Shown here one piece after another: positions 24,375 through 37,500 of a DNA stretch of 64,000 nucleotides. The position numbers and the translations under genes are program-made. The notes beneath the pieces are model-generated. The model was not told the origin of the DNA. It ran no database searches and was given only the letters and a program-made list of their open reading frames with translations. Source of the stretch: Anaeramoeba ignava BMAN (lineage: Eukaryota; Protista; Anaeramoebae); contig JAPDFW010000092.1 of NCBI GenBank assembly GCA_028826165.1, positions 124,001 to 188,000 on the forward strand. Reading direction: 5' to 3'. How positions within the stretch are numbered: position 1 is the first letter of the stretch; each line of letters opens with the position of its first letter.

Positions 24375-25467
24375 TCATTTTGAATTCATTTCAATATTTG
24401 TAATTTCACTAAAAATTGGAAGTCTTTTTGTTTTTGGAAAGAAAAATGGATGAATAAATGATAAATCATAATGAATAAATCTACATCTTTTTCCATATTT
24501 ACAAAAACCTTTTCCATGAAAAGATTTACATAATCTAGTTTTATATTTTGGATGATGTTGAATTGGCCTTTTTTTTTAAAATTAAATAAAAAATTAAATA
24601 AAAAAGTGGAATAAAAAATATAAATAAAAATATAATAAAAAATGGAATAAAAAATATAATAAAAATATAATAAAAATATAAATAAAAAGTGGAATAAAAA
24701 AAATATAATAAAAATATAATAAAAATATAATAAAAAAATAAAAATATAAAAAAATATAAATAAAAAAATAAAAATATAATAAAAATAAAAATAAAAAAAA
24801 AATAAAAAAAAATATAATTAAATAAAAAATGGAATAAAAATATGAATAAAAATATAATAAAAATATAATAAAAATGGAATAAAAATATAATAAAAATATA
24901 ATAAAAATATAATAAAAATGGAATAATAAAAAGTGGAATAAAAAAAATGGAATAAAAATATAATAAAAATGGAATAAAAAGTGGAATAAAAATATAATAA
25001 AAATATAATAAAAATGTAATAAAAATATAAAAAAAAAAATGGAATAAAAAATATAAAAAAAATATAATAAAAAATGGAATAAAAAGTGGAATAAAAAATA
25101 TAATAAAAAATGGAATAAAAAATGTAATAAAAAATATAATAAAAAGTGGAATAAAAAATATAAAAAATGGAATAAAAAATATAATAAAAAATAAAATAAA
25201 AAATGGAATTATTTTTTGAATTTTTTACCTTAATTCTTCAATTCCATGTGCAAATTGACATCTTTTTCCATATTTACAATATCCTGTTTCTTCAAATGCT
25301 TGACATAATTCTGTTTTATAAAGATCTTGTTTAAGTTTTTCTTCATCAATTTTTTCTTTTTTTTCTTTTTTTTCTTTTCTTTTTTTTGAATTTGAATTTG
25401 AATTTGATTTTGAATTTGAATTTGAATTTGAATTTGATTTTTTAAAACTCCAAACATGAAAACTCAT
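24375..25467 (-). CDS. Tristetraprolin/TIS11-family tandem CCCH zinc-finger protein, 2 exons
   Basis: LYKTELC-x8-C-x5-C-x3-H, intron 24568-25228, KYKTRLC-x8-C-x5-C-x3-H, C-terminal RLPIFSEI. Confidence 0.93.
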
Positions 25468-25970
25468 TTTTTATTTTTATTAGAATAATTATTATTTTTG
25501 TTTAAAAAAAAAATAAATTGAAATAAAAAAAGTGGAATGAAAAAAATAAAAAATTTTTTTTTGATCTAAAAAAAAAAATAAAAATAAAAAAATAAATTGA
25601 TTTTGATGAAGAACATGACTTTTATAAATTTGTTTTTGTTTTTTTTTTTTTGTTTTTGTTTTTTTTTTGTTTTTTTTTGATATTGTTAAATTTAAAATAA
25701 TTTTAAAAAAGAAAAAAAAATTGAAAAACTGTCAATTTAAAAACCAATTTAAAAACCAATTCAAAAATTAATTTAAAAATCAATTTAAAAATTAATTTAA
25801 AAATCAATTTAAAAATTAATTTAAAAACCAATTTAAAAATCAATTTAAAAATCAATTTAAAAATCAATCCAAAAATTAATTTAAAAACCAATTTAAAAAT
25901 CAATTTAAAAATCAATTTAAAAATTAATTTAAAAATCAATTTAAAAATCAATTTAAAAATTAATTCTGTA

Positions 25971-27464
25971 TTACTTTCTTGGTTCTCTTTTCAAAGATTT
26001 TTTATAAAGTTTATTCTCATCTTTAAACGGCAAAGTATTATTCAATAAATTTTGAACTTGATCGACAGCTTGAAAAGGATAATCCTCTTGTTGGAAGCGT
26101 TGAATTTCAGAAATAGTATTAAACAAAATCTTTCTCATTGAAATATTAAGCAATCCATCAATTTTGCTTTCTGAACCATCACAAATAAAAGTAATATCAG
26201 TAAGAAAAACACCGAGATAAGGAATACCAGGCGGTTCAGTTTTCTTTAGCAAAGCGCGATATTCCTTATATCCATTATCAGAACTTGTTGCGGTTTCAAG
26301 TTGATTGTATTTTTTCCAATATTTTTCGGGAACTTCTTCTTTTGTTATGTTCAACCGACTAACTGATGCATTTGTTAACGCTGCTATAACCGCCATTGTA
26401 CAATCGTAATTGTGCATCTGGAAAAAATGCTCCCCAATCTTAATAAATCTGATCATCTGTTTTGCTCTTTGTTTCGGTTTTTTTGGAAGCAAAATTTGGG
26501 TCGAAATATATCCTACAATTTCGTTAAATTTTTTGATCAGGAAAAGAACGTTTTTTGCTTTATGATGAAGTTTTGCTTTTGACCAAGCTTGTGTTACAAG
26601 TTCTGTTGGTGAGATTTTGCGGTATATTTCAAACACAAAAAGAGTTGTTTGCCGGGCAAATTCTTCAACGGAAAGATCTGACAATCCAAAATCTCGTGCA
26701 AAAATATTTTTCGGAACTTTAGGTTCAACTGGTGGTTTTGAAGTCGTTTTTCTTTTCCGTGAAATTGTTCCTGATTGTATCAACTGTTGAACTTTGATTG
26801 CGTTCTTTAGTTTCTTTGCAACTTGTGGGTTTTCAATAACAACATAATTGTCAATGAAAGTTTCAAGATGTGAAATTAATTTTGGTTCAAATTCTTCGTA
26901 AAATTGCTCGATCCAAAGTCGAATAACTTCAGATACTTTTGCTTGTATTGCTGCTCTTTTTGTATTCCATTCTTGTAGTTTTTCATCCTCTTTTGGTTTG
27001 GGAACTCGAAATCTTTGTATTAGTTTGAATAATAGTCTTTCAGGTGTTATCATGTTTTGGAATGTGATTAAAAAGGCTTTAATAAATTGGGTATCTAGAT
27101 TACAAAGTATATATAAATATATTTTAAAATATAAATATTATATTTTTTTTAAAAAAAAAAGTTTTTCTTTCTTTCTTGTAATGATTAAATTTTTTGAAAA
27201 ATTTTTCCTTTCATTCTTGTAAAGTTTAAAATTTTTGAAAAAAAGTTTTTCTGAAATTAAATATACCTGCGTTTTTTTCATAAGTTAATTTTTCAATTAA
27301 TTTATTCAAATTAGCTGCACTAATTGTATTTAAAAAGTTTTTTGATGGATCTCCTCCTAATTTCTCTACAAGTTCTTTATTATATCTTATATTATCATTA
27401 TTATCTGGAGGTTCATCCCAAATTGAAACATCATCATCAACTAAAATTATTATTAATAATATAT

Positions 27465-27540
<76 letters not shown>

Positions 27541-30077
27541 TTATTTAATTATTTATTTATTTATTTACAAGTTAATTCAAATCCTAATTTTTCTCGATCT
27601 TGATTAAATTCAACATCTGAAATTTCACCAAATCTTGCATTTTCATTAATTCTTTCATCCCATAAATGTTCCATATCAATAATTCCTAATTTTAAAAGTT
27701 CAACTATTTTGGTCTCATTTTGTGCAAATTCAAATTGTACTTGATATTTTTCAAAATTTAAAATTTAAAATTTAAATTTAATTTAAAATTATTGGAAAAA
27801 AAAATACAATCAACTCCTGTTTCTTCAGAAATAAAATTTGCAACTTCATTTCTTCCGTAAAAATTAAAATATTGAATAATTAAAGAATCAACAACATCTT
27901 TTGATAAAACTTCTTGTACTTCTGTTTTTGAAGATTCCTTCAATCTCCCAAAAGTAACTTTTCCTGATTTTTTTCTCATTCTTTCTCTATATTCCAAAAT
28001 TTTGGTATGTTTTTTCAATACTTTTGCAACCCATAAAGAATGATTTTTTTGATCTTCAACTCCAAGAACTATTTAATTTAAAAAAAATTTTTCAAAAAGT
28101 GAAAAAAAATGTGTCAGTTTTTTTTTTTGTTAATTAAATAATTTTTTTAATTACTTTCTCCTAATTCAACTTTTTGTTCATTCTTTGATTGTTCCATTTC
28201 AAGAATTTGTTTTAATGTTTTTAGTTTTTTCTTTAAGTTTTTTTTGGATTCTTTTAATTTTTCTCTTTCTTTGTCTTCTTCTTCTTCTTCTTTATCTTTT
28301 TCACTTTTTTGAGTTGTTTGATCAGTTACTTCAAAATGTGAATAACCTCTTAATATTTTCATTCTTGATCTTTCAACTCTTCGAATTTTTCTGTCTCTTC
28401 TTTGAAGGCTTGATTTTAATGAATCTTATTTAAATTATCAAAAATTTTAATTTTAATTTTAATTTTGATTTTAATTTTGATTTTAATTTTGATTTTGATT
28501 TTAAATTTTGATTTTAATTTTGATTTTAAATTTTAATTTTGATTTTAATTTTAATTTTAATTTTAATTTTAATTTTAATTTTGATTTTAAATTTTAATTT
28601 TGATTTTAATTTTAATTTACCATTTTCTTTCAATATTTGTCCATGAACTGAAATTATATCTTTTTGGAGTTGTTGATTTTGTTTTTGTAATTCTGAACGT
28701 TTTTTTTGTTCTTTTTCTAATTCTTGTTTTAAAGTTTCAATTTGATTTCTTAATTCATTATCACTTTGAACTTGAACTCTATTATTTCTTTCATCTAATT
28801 CTTTTGAAAGTTTCTGAAATTGAAATTGAAATTGATATTAAAATTAAAATTAAAATTAAAATTAAAATTAAAATTAAAATTAAAATTAAAATTAAAATTG
28901 AAATTAAAATTAAAATTAAAATTGAAATTAAAATTAAAATTGATTTTAATTTTGAAATTGAAATTGAAATTGAAATTAAAATTAAAATTGATTTTGAAAT
29001 TGAAATTGAAATTAAAATTAAAATTAAAATTAAAATTGAAATTGATTTTAAAATTGAAATTGAAATTGAAATTGAAATTGAAATTGAAATTGAAATTAAA
29101 ATTAAAATTGAAATTAAAATTGAAATTAAAATTAAAATTAAAATTAAAATTAAAATTGAAATTGAAATTGAAATTGAAATTGAAATTGAAATTGAAATTG
29201 AAATTGAAATTGAAATTGAAATTGATTTTTTTACATCAACTAATTCTTGTGATTTTAAAGTTGATTGAGATTTTTTTTCTAAAGATTTTTTAAAAATTTC
29301 AATATCTTGATTAAGTGATTGAATATCTTGATTAGCATTTTCTAATTGATCAATTGAAGTTGGATCTTGTAAATAACTTGATAAAGTTTCAATTTTCTTT
29401 TCTTTAAAATCTTTTTCATTAGAAATTTTTTCTGCTAATAAAGAATGAGTATGAATTGAATTTCTAATAAAAGAATCATTTGTATCTTTTTTTTTTTTTT
29501 TTAAATTGAATTTTTTTTTTTAATTTTTTAATTTAAAATTTTTTTTTTTAAATTAAATTTTTTTTTTAAAAATAATAACCAATAAGTTGAGAATAAAAAA
29601 ATCGATAATCTTCATCAGAATGTAAAGGTTTGATTTGTGATTCTTTTACAAAAAGTCCGTGATTTGGTTTACAATCAAAATATTTAACACCATCAATAGT
29701 TCCATTAGATTTGCCATCTAAATAATAAATAAGATTTTTTTTTCGAATTTTAATTTGAATTTCAATTTTAATTTTAATTTTAAATTTTAATTTTAATTTT
29801 AAATTTTAATTTTAATTTCAATTTTAATTTTAATTTTAATTTTGATTTTAATTTTAATTTTAATTTTAATTTTAATTTTAATTTTAATTTTAATTTTAAA
29901 ATGAATTGTAATTTGAAAATGAATTTTAATTTTAATTTTAAAATTGTAATTTTGTTTACTTGGTTCTGCTAATTCAATTCCAATCCAATTTCCAGGTGCA
30001 AATTGTGTTTCACCTTTATATCTTACTGTGCAAAATTGTTGATGAAATTTATATTTCGAACCAATTTCTAATTCCAT
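25971..30077 (-). CDS. RasGEF with N-terminal CAP-Gly, coiled coil, LisH, REM and CDC25 domains, 9 exons
   Basis: CAP-Gly VRYKGETQFAPGNWIGIEL..NGKSNGTIDGVKYF.C...HGLFV; LisH VVDSLIIQYFNFYGRNEVANFISEE; REM AANLNKLIEKLT; CDC25 IPYLGVFLTDITFI. All 8 GT-AG junctions keep frame. Confidence 0.85.
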
Positions 30078-30166
30078 TTATAAAAAAAAAAATGAAAAAA
30101 AAATGAAAAATGAAAAAAGAAATTAATTTCGTTTTGTTTTCATTTTTTTTTTCGATTTTTAAAAAA
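30078..30166. promoter_or_regulatory. Putative 89-bp bidirectional promoter
   Basis: Only sequence between divergent ATGs; T-tract/TCAT motifs point toward each gene. Confidence 0.6.
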
Positions 30167-31918
30167 ATGTCAATTTTAGTAACGGAAATAAAAAACGATA
30201 AGGAAAATATTCCATCGCCAAGATGCTATGTTTATTCATTTATATATAATAATAAAATACATTATTTTGGAGGAGTAAATGATTCATCACAAAGATATAA
30301 TAATATTTTGACATTTGATTTAAAAGAGAAAAAATGGGGAGAAATTCCGACAACAGGAACACCTCCAACAGAAAGAAGCGATGCAACTTGTTGTGTTTAT
30401 GATGATTATTTTTATGTTTTTTCGGGTTATGATGGAAATATTTGTTCAGATTTTTATCAGTTTGATTTACTTACAAATAACTGGAAAAAAATTCCACTTT
30501 TTGGAGAGCCAGAAATTTTCAAGCGTTGCTCAAGCGGTTCCCATCTTTTTGATGGCAAATTATATATTTTTGCAGGAGAATTAGATGGAATGATGAAAAA
30601 TAATATTTTTTATATTGATTTGAAAAATTTCCAAATTGTTCCAATTGATTCAAAACCATTTCAACCTTCAAACCGTTCATATATTTCTTCAGTTGAATAT
30701 GACTCAAAATTGTGGTTTTGTGGAATAAACAGTATTTTTTTAAGTTCTCATGATTTTATGGTTGTTTTTGATCTCAAAACAAATTCTTGGATTGAATTGA
30801 AAACAAAATCAGAAGAAATCAACTCAAACAAAGGAAAAAGTTCTTCAGAAATTGAGCTATCTGAATATTCATTGAATGGAAGACCCAGTAAAATTATTCT
30901 TAAGGATGTCGATAGTGAAAATCAACCCAGTACTTATGCACAAACTTCTGTTATTGTTGGTGATGAACTTTTTATTATTGGAGGAATGCCAATTACTGAG
31001 CTTAATTTGTTTTCGTTCAATTTTTCTGAATGTGAATGGAGCAAGAAAAAAATACTCGCTTCTCCTTCTATTGGGAGACTAGCATTCCACACCTCTGTGT
31101 ACGATCCTATATCTGGTTGTATTTATAATTTCGGAGGAGCAACAAATTTTTCTGGCAATTGGGAAAGGAATAATAATTTTATTTGCGTGCATCTTGGTTC
31201 AGATATTCAAAAAGACCTTAAACAGTTGCTTTTATTGGGCACTTTGTCAGATGCCCAAATTCAATCTAATGATAACCATATTTTCCCTGTTCATAAATTG
31301 ATGTTTTACTGCAGAGTCAAAAATATCCAATTTGAATATATTGCTCAAAAATGCAAAAAATATTCAAGAAATGTTGTTTGGAATTTCCTACTTTATATTT
31401 ATACTGGATTGATTGAGGAAAACCCACCAGAATTAATTGAGCTAGCCCATTTTTGCAATTTGGAATCATTTGAAAATTTAGCATTAAAATTTGAAGAAAA
31501 TAACACTTTGATTGAAGATTTAGAAAATTTATATCATGATGAAATCACAAAGGATTTCACAATAACATCAAATTCCAACATAATTCGTGTTCATAAAATG
31601 ATTATGGCGGCTCGTTCTGATTTATATAGAGGAATGCTTACTTCTGTTATTGATTCATCAAATACTGCTCCTGATCTTTCAAATAGATCAACTCCTGCCT
31701 TGATTCATTTCATCCATTTTTTGTATACTGGTTCAATTGATCATATTGATGATTTTGATATTGCTCAAGAAATTCAGGGTTTATCTGGTTATTATGGTTT
31801 GAGAAATGATAATTTGGATGATTTTTTGCAACATTTTATTTCTAAATCTGATTTGGAGAAAAAAAGGGAATTGAGATTATTTCAAATTAATCAAGAATTA
31901 AATTTAAATCAAAATTAA
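30167..31918 (+). CDS. Kelch-repeat + double BTB protein (LZTR1-like), intronless
   Basis: Kelch repeats (PSPR..YFGG, YVFSGYDG, YNFGG) then two BTB starts (SDAQI..FPVHK; DFTI..RVHKMIMAARS); likely ATG 30167 within ORF 30110..31918. Confidence 0.88.
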   Translation: MSILVTEIKNDKENIPSPRCYVYSFIYNNKIHYFGGVNDSSQRYNNILTFDLKEKKWGEIPTTGTPPTERSDATCCVYDDYFYVFSGYDGNICSDFYQFDLLTNNWKKIPLFGEPEIFKRCSSGSHLFDGKLYIFAGELDGMMKNNIFYIDLKNFQIVPIDSKPFQPSNRSYISSVEYDSKLWFCGINSIFLSSHDFMVVFDLKTNSWIELKTKSEEINSNKGKSSSEIELSEYSLNGRPSKIILKDVDSENQPSTYAQTSVIVGDELFIIGGMPITELNLFSFNFSECEWSKKKILASPSIGRLAFHTSVYDPISGCIYNFGGATNFSGNWERNNNFICVHLGSDIQKDLKQLLLLGTLSDAQIQSNDNHIFPVHKLMFYCRVKNIQFEYIAQKCKKYSRNVVWNFLLYIYTGLIEENPPELIELAHFCNLESFENLALKFEENNTLIEDLENLYHDEITKDFTITSNSNIIRVHKMIMAARSDLYRGMLTSVIDSSNTAPDLSNRSTPALIHFIHFLYTGSIDHIDDFDIAQEIQGLSGYYGLRNDNLDDFLQHFISKSDLEKKRELRLFQINQELNLNQN

Positions 31919-32535
31919 AATTGAATCAAAATTTAAATTTAATTAAAATTTAAATCAAAATTAAAATTTAAATTAAAATCAAAATCAAAATGAAAATCAA
32001 AATTAAAATCAAAATCAAAACTAAAATTAAAATCAAAATCAAAATCAAAATTAAAATTTAAATCAAAATCAAAATCAAAATTTAAATTAAATTAAATTCA
32101 AATCAAAAAAATCAAAATTAAAATCAAAATTAAAATCAAAATCAAAATCAAAATCAAAATTAAAATCAAAATCAAAATCAAATTAAATTCAAATTAAATC
32201 AAAATCAAAATCAAAATCAAAATTAAAATCAAAATTAAAATCAAAATCAAAATTGAATCAAAATTAAATCAAAATCAAATTTGAATTTAAATTAAAATTA
32301 AAATCAAAATTAAAATGAAAATCAAAATTAAAATCAAAATTAAAATCAAAATCAAAATCAAAATCAAAAATCAAAATCAAAATCAAAATCAAAATCAAAA
32401 TTAAAATCAAAATAAATCAAAATCAAAATCAAAATCAAAATCAAAATCAAAATCAAAATCAAAATCAAAATTAAAATTAAATTCAAAATTAAAATCAAAA
32501 TCAAAATCAAAACGAAAATTGAATCAAAATTTAAA
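31915..32535. repeat. (AAAATC/AAAATT)n hexamer array between convergent genes
   Basis: Directly visible; a similar array lies at 56394-56830. Confidence 0.9.
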
Positions 32536-32685
32536 TTTAGTTTATTAAATTTGGTTTCTGAAAAAAAATTAAAAATTATCCTTCCACTTTTTTCTTGTTT
32601 AAATTGCTCGTTTTGTTTTGTTTTGTTTTGTTTTGTTTTGTTTTGTTTTGTTTTGTTTTGTTTTGTTTTGGAATACTCTTTTGAA

Positions 32686-34235
32686 TCAACAAAAATACAC
32701 TTCTAATTCATCAATTTCCCAATATTTATCAAAACCAGTAAGATAAGTTTTAAGTTCATTTCGATTTTCAGATCGAGGTGAATATGTTTTTCCAAATTTA
32801 TCAGATCTTCCTTTAAATTCTTCATTAATTTTCAAATCATCTCCAAAAATAGGACCTTTATCTTTATCATATTTTATTGCACGTCCAATTTGGTCTTCCT
32901 TAATTGGAAATTTTCGAGGTTCATGATATTTTTTGGATTTATTTTCCAAAAGAAAAATAAAGGCTTTTCGATCATGTTCTTGCCAACCTGAAATACCAGA
33001 AATAAAACCTTTTGATGTAAAACCACCCAAAATACGATCTTGTGTTTTAATAATTACAAGCGTTTGATTTTTATTATCGCAAATCTTATGAAATTTCTTC
33101 ACTGAAAAATTGTTCCGATTTGCTGAATATCCAAGATTCATTTTACTAGAAAATTCTTTATCATCAACCCATTCCAATAATTTTTCACTGTGTAATTTTT
33201 CTTTGATTATCGAAGAATTTTGGAATTTTTTCAAAGCCATTAATTGCTTCAATTCTTGAGGATTTTGAGTTTCTTTTCCTGATAATATTTTTGAATTCAA
33301 TTCTAATCTCTCCAAAAATTCTTCATTAATAAATGGAAAATCCAAAATTTTATTTCCAACTTCTTCATCAATTCGTGAGATTTTAATTTTGGAAAGGATT
33401 TTATTTGCAATAAATTGAGATTTTTTTTTATAATTTTCAGAACTCAAACCAAAACCATTTTTTTTCAATTGGGATTGAATCCAATAATCTATTGTTTGAA
33501 AAATCTTCAAATCAATTCTTTGCCAATCATCGGTTACATATTGAATCAATTTCAAAAACCTTTCCTGATTTAAATTGGAAAAGAAATCATGATCATCCAA
33601 AATGTTTTTTTTGATATTTGAACTCAAACAGAGATTTTCGATTGTTTTTGGTGTTTTTGTGGTTAAAATGAAAAATTTAAACGCAATTTTTTCATCAATT
33701 TCTTGTGATTTTGTGATTAAATATTCAGTTAATAAATCCAAATTGAAAAAATTAGACCAAAATAAACAATCAAAAAATAAATCAGGTTTTGGATCGAAAG
33801 TTTGACTTGTATAAATATATTTGAGTATAGGTTCCATCACTTCAGGCTTGATATTAGGTATTGTGTATTCTGAAATTGGTTCTGATCTGAGTAAATTGTG
33901 AAAAAAATCGGAACGTGATATTAATATTGATTTGTTTACTGGAAAAGGAACTAATTTTTTTCCAATTTTTAATATAAAATCATAATTTTGATTTCTTTGT
34001 TCATATAATTTGTTTAAATCTTTTATTAATTGCTTTTTGATGTTTTTTTTGTTTGTTTTTTCTTTTTTTTCTTTCTCGTTTTCTTTCTTTTTTTCTTTTT
34101 CTTTTTCTTTGTTTTCTTTAAAAGAGAATTTACTTTATTAATTTTTTTTTTAAAGGTTTGATTTAAATTAATTAGTAAATTTGTTTTTATTTAATTTAAA
34201 CAAAAATTTTTAATTATTTTTTACCTTCTAGACAT
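32686..34235 (-). CDS. BTB-BACK-TLDc protein, 2 exons
   Basis: 11-nt first coding exon (ATGTCTAGAAG, 34235-34225); BTB YDFILKIG..FPVNKSILISRSDFF; TLDc FHKICDNK..ILGGFTS..GPIFG..IDELEVY. Confidence 0.85.
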
Positions 34236-34523
34236 TTATTTGAATAAAAAAAATGATTTTTAAAAAATTAAAAAAAATTATCTTTTAAATTAAAAAAAGT
34301 GGACAATTTAAAAATAAAAACTAAAATTAAAAAAAAGTCGACAATTTAAGAAATTAATTTGGGAATGAATGATCTTTAATTTTACTTAATTAAAATTTAG
34401 GGAAATTAAAATGAAAATTAAAAAAAAAAGAAGAAAATTATTTGAAAGAAAAAAAAAATAAAACTTATTTTAAAAATTTGAAATTCTTCTTTTAAAAATT
34501 TGAAATTCTTCTTTTAAAAAGAG

Positions 34524-37500
34524 TTAATCGTCATTTTGATTTGTTTCATTTTGATTCTCAATTTCTTGTTGAAAACTTTCTGATTCAAAATTAAAAAAGC
34601 GAATTTTTGATTCATCCCAAAAAATATTTGGCTTTTTTTTTTGATAAAAAGAAAAGATTTTAATTTTAATTTTAATTTTAATTTTAATTTTGAATTTTTA
34701 AATAATAAAAAATTACATTTTGTGAAAGATGTTTAAGATAGAAAAAAGCATTAATAAGGAGATCAGTTTGATTTGAGTCAGTAGTTTCAATTATTAAGCG
34801 AGTTGGAAAATTTTGAGTCTTTTTTTTTTAAATAAATATTTAAAATTGAAATAAATATTTAAAATTAAAATAAATATTTAAAATAGAAATAAATATTTAA
34901 AATAATTTAAAATTGAAATAAATATTTAAAATTGAAATAAATATTTAAAATTAAAATAAATATTTAAAATTGAAATAAGTATTTAAAATTAAAATATAGT
35001 TGTGTCAAAAAACCGGGTCAGTGTCAAAAAACCGAGTCAAAATTTTTTTTATTTTTTTTTCATTTTTTATTTTTTCATATGTTAGAAGAAGAAAAAATTG
35101 ATATTAATAAAAGAATTCGTTTAATCTCTCATTTTTCTGAAATTCGCAATATCTCTTCAGTTACTGAGAAGGCTGCAAAAGTGTATTTGATTGGGCAGAC
35201 AGAAAAAGAGCCAATCTCACAGAGAAGTATCTGTGAGTTTTTTGGCATTTCTCTGTCAGCTCTTCAAAGAGCTCTTACAGCTTTGAAACAAGGCAGAGAA
35301 GTAGGAAGGAAGGGTCGGCCACCTGTGTTGAGTGATGAACAAAAAAAAGAGCTCAAAGAAAAAATTGTTCATTCAGCAGAAAAAGGAAAGTCACTCAATA
35401 TAAATGAGGTTCTAGAATGGATTAATGAACACTTTTTTGATGAAAAACCATCAATTGAATTGGATTTTATGGAAAAACCACATATTAATTCAAGAGGGTG
35501 GGTTTACAATTTTGCCAACCAAAATGATATTATAATAAAATTACCCCAAGTTTTAGAAAGAGCTCGTTCCCAAGTATCTGTTGATGAGGTTAAATCCTTT
35601 TTTGATCGGCTGGGTGACTTGTTTCAGGAAAATAATTTTTTTCCTCATCAAATATTTAATATGGATGAGACCATGATAACAAAGAGTAAAGATTTGCAAA
35701 AATTTGTCGTTTTGACAAAAAGTTCTTTGCACCAACCTTCTGTTACTCTCCCCAAAATTGAAAATTTCCATACAACTTTAGTTGTTTGTGTCAATGCTGC
35801 TGGAAAATCTCTGGATCCATTAGTGATTATACCTATGCAATCAATTGTAATTGAAGAAACTCCTGAGAAGGAATTGGTTCCTCCTTTCAGTTTTGTCCAT
35901 GCACCTTCTGGTTGGATTACACAAGAAATTTTCACAAAATGGGCGATCGAAATTTTCATACCTTATGTTCAGCTCAATAAAAAAACAAAAGAAGAGAAGA
36001 CATTGCTTATTCTTGATGGCCACAATTCAAGGGTTAGTTCAGAAGTGATTAAAGACTTCATGAAGAACCAAATTGAACTTTTTGTACTTCCTGCCCATTC
36101 AAGTCATTTTCTTCAACCATTAGATTTGAGTGTCTTTGGTACATTTAAAAAGTATCTAAGGAGAAGAGGAAAGCTATCTTCTAATATTCTTTCATTCCTT
36201 GATGTTTATGATGCCTTTCAATCATCTGCGACAATCAAAAAAATATATTCTGGATTCAATAAAGCGGGAATCTATCCATTTGATCCCACCAAAGTGTTAG
36301 GAAATGAGAATATTGTTTTGAAACCTGCGGGACAGGAGAAATTAAAGAAACAGAGAAAGAGATTGGATATTAATGGAAAAATCTTGACTAGTCAAGAAAT
36401 GTTGGAAAAAGTTGAAGAATATGAAAAAAAGAAACCAAAAACAAAAAGAAAAAAGAGAAAGAAGAAAAACTATAAATCTAAAAAAACTTTATTCAATAAA
36501 AATCATGATTAAAAAAAAAAACCAAAATTTTTTTTATTTTTCTTTTGACTCGGGTTTTTGACACTGACCCGGTTTTTTGACACAACTATAAATATTTAAA
36601 ATTAAAATAAATATTTAAAATTGAAATAAATATTTAAAATTGAAATAAATATTTAAAATAGAAATAAATATTTAAAATTAAAATAAATATTTAAAATAGA
36701 AATAAATATTTAAAATAATTTAAAATTGAAATAAATATTTAAAATTAAAATAAATATTTAAAATTAAAATAAATATTTAAAATTGAAATAAATATTTAAA
36801 ATAATTTAAAATTAAAATAAATATTTAAAATAGAAATAAATATTTAAAATTAAAATAAATATTTAAAATTTAAATAAATATTTAAAATAGAAATAAATAT
36901 TTAAAATTAAATATTCAAATTTACTTGAATCTCAAGAAGTAAAACTGAAGTAAATTTTTTATTCATTAATAAAGTAGCATCTTCATATTTGCATTTAAAA
37001 TTATCACCATTAAGTCTTTCAATATAAAAATAATCTTTTTCCAAAAGAATTGTTGCAGGAATTTTTTTATAAAACAAAAATATATTAAGTTTAAGTTGTT
37101 GAGTTCCAATAAGAATATTCATATCTTGTAAAATCTTTTGAGTATTAAATTTAATAGAAGAAGACCATTCAAAAAGATTTGAATTATCAATCTTATTTGT
37201 TCCTTGATTTAATGAAAATAAATGATGAATAAATTTCAAACTAGGTATTCTAAATTTTAATGAAATTAATGAAATTAAATAATCTCTTGATTCTTCATTT
37301 TCACATGAAATTTCAAATGATTTTTCTTTTTTTTGATCCATTGTTTTTCCAATTGTTTTGATTTTGAATTTTTTTGAGTCTTGCAAATTTTTAAAGATCT
37401 TTTTTGATTTTTTTGATTGAAAAAAAAAAATTCTTAATTCATTATTTTTTTTTTGCTTTATAAAATATTTTGGTTTTGTTTACTCGGAAATTAAGTTGAA

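Larger units (their letters stand above)
34830..36915. repeat. Intronic 20-bp tandem repeat (AAATAAATATTTAAAATT[G/A]A-like) split by the transposon
   Basis: Same unit at 34830-34996 and 36589-36915. Confidence 0.88.

Noticed and set aside
27735-27810. Possible non-canonical (non-AG) acceptor in the CAP-Gly RasGEF
   Set aside because: A canonical CAAG acceptor at 27740-27741 preserves the frame.
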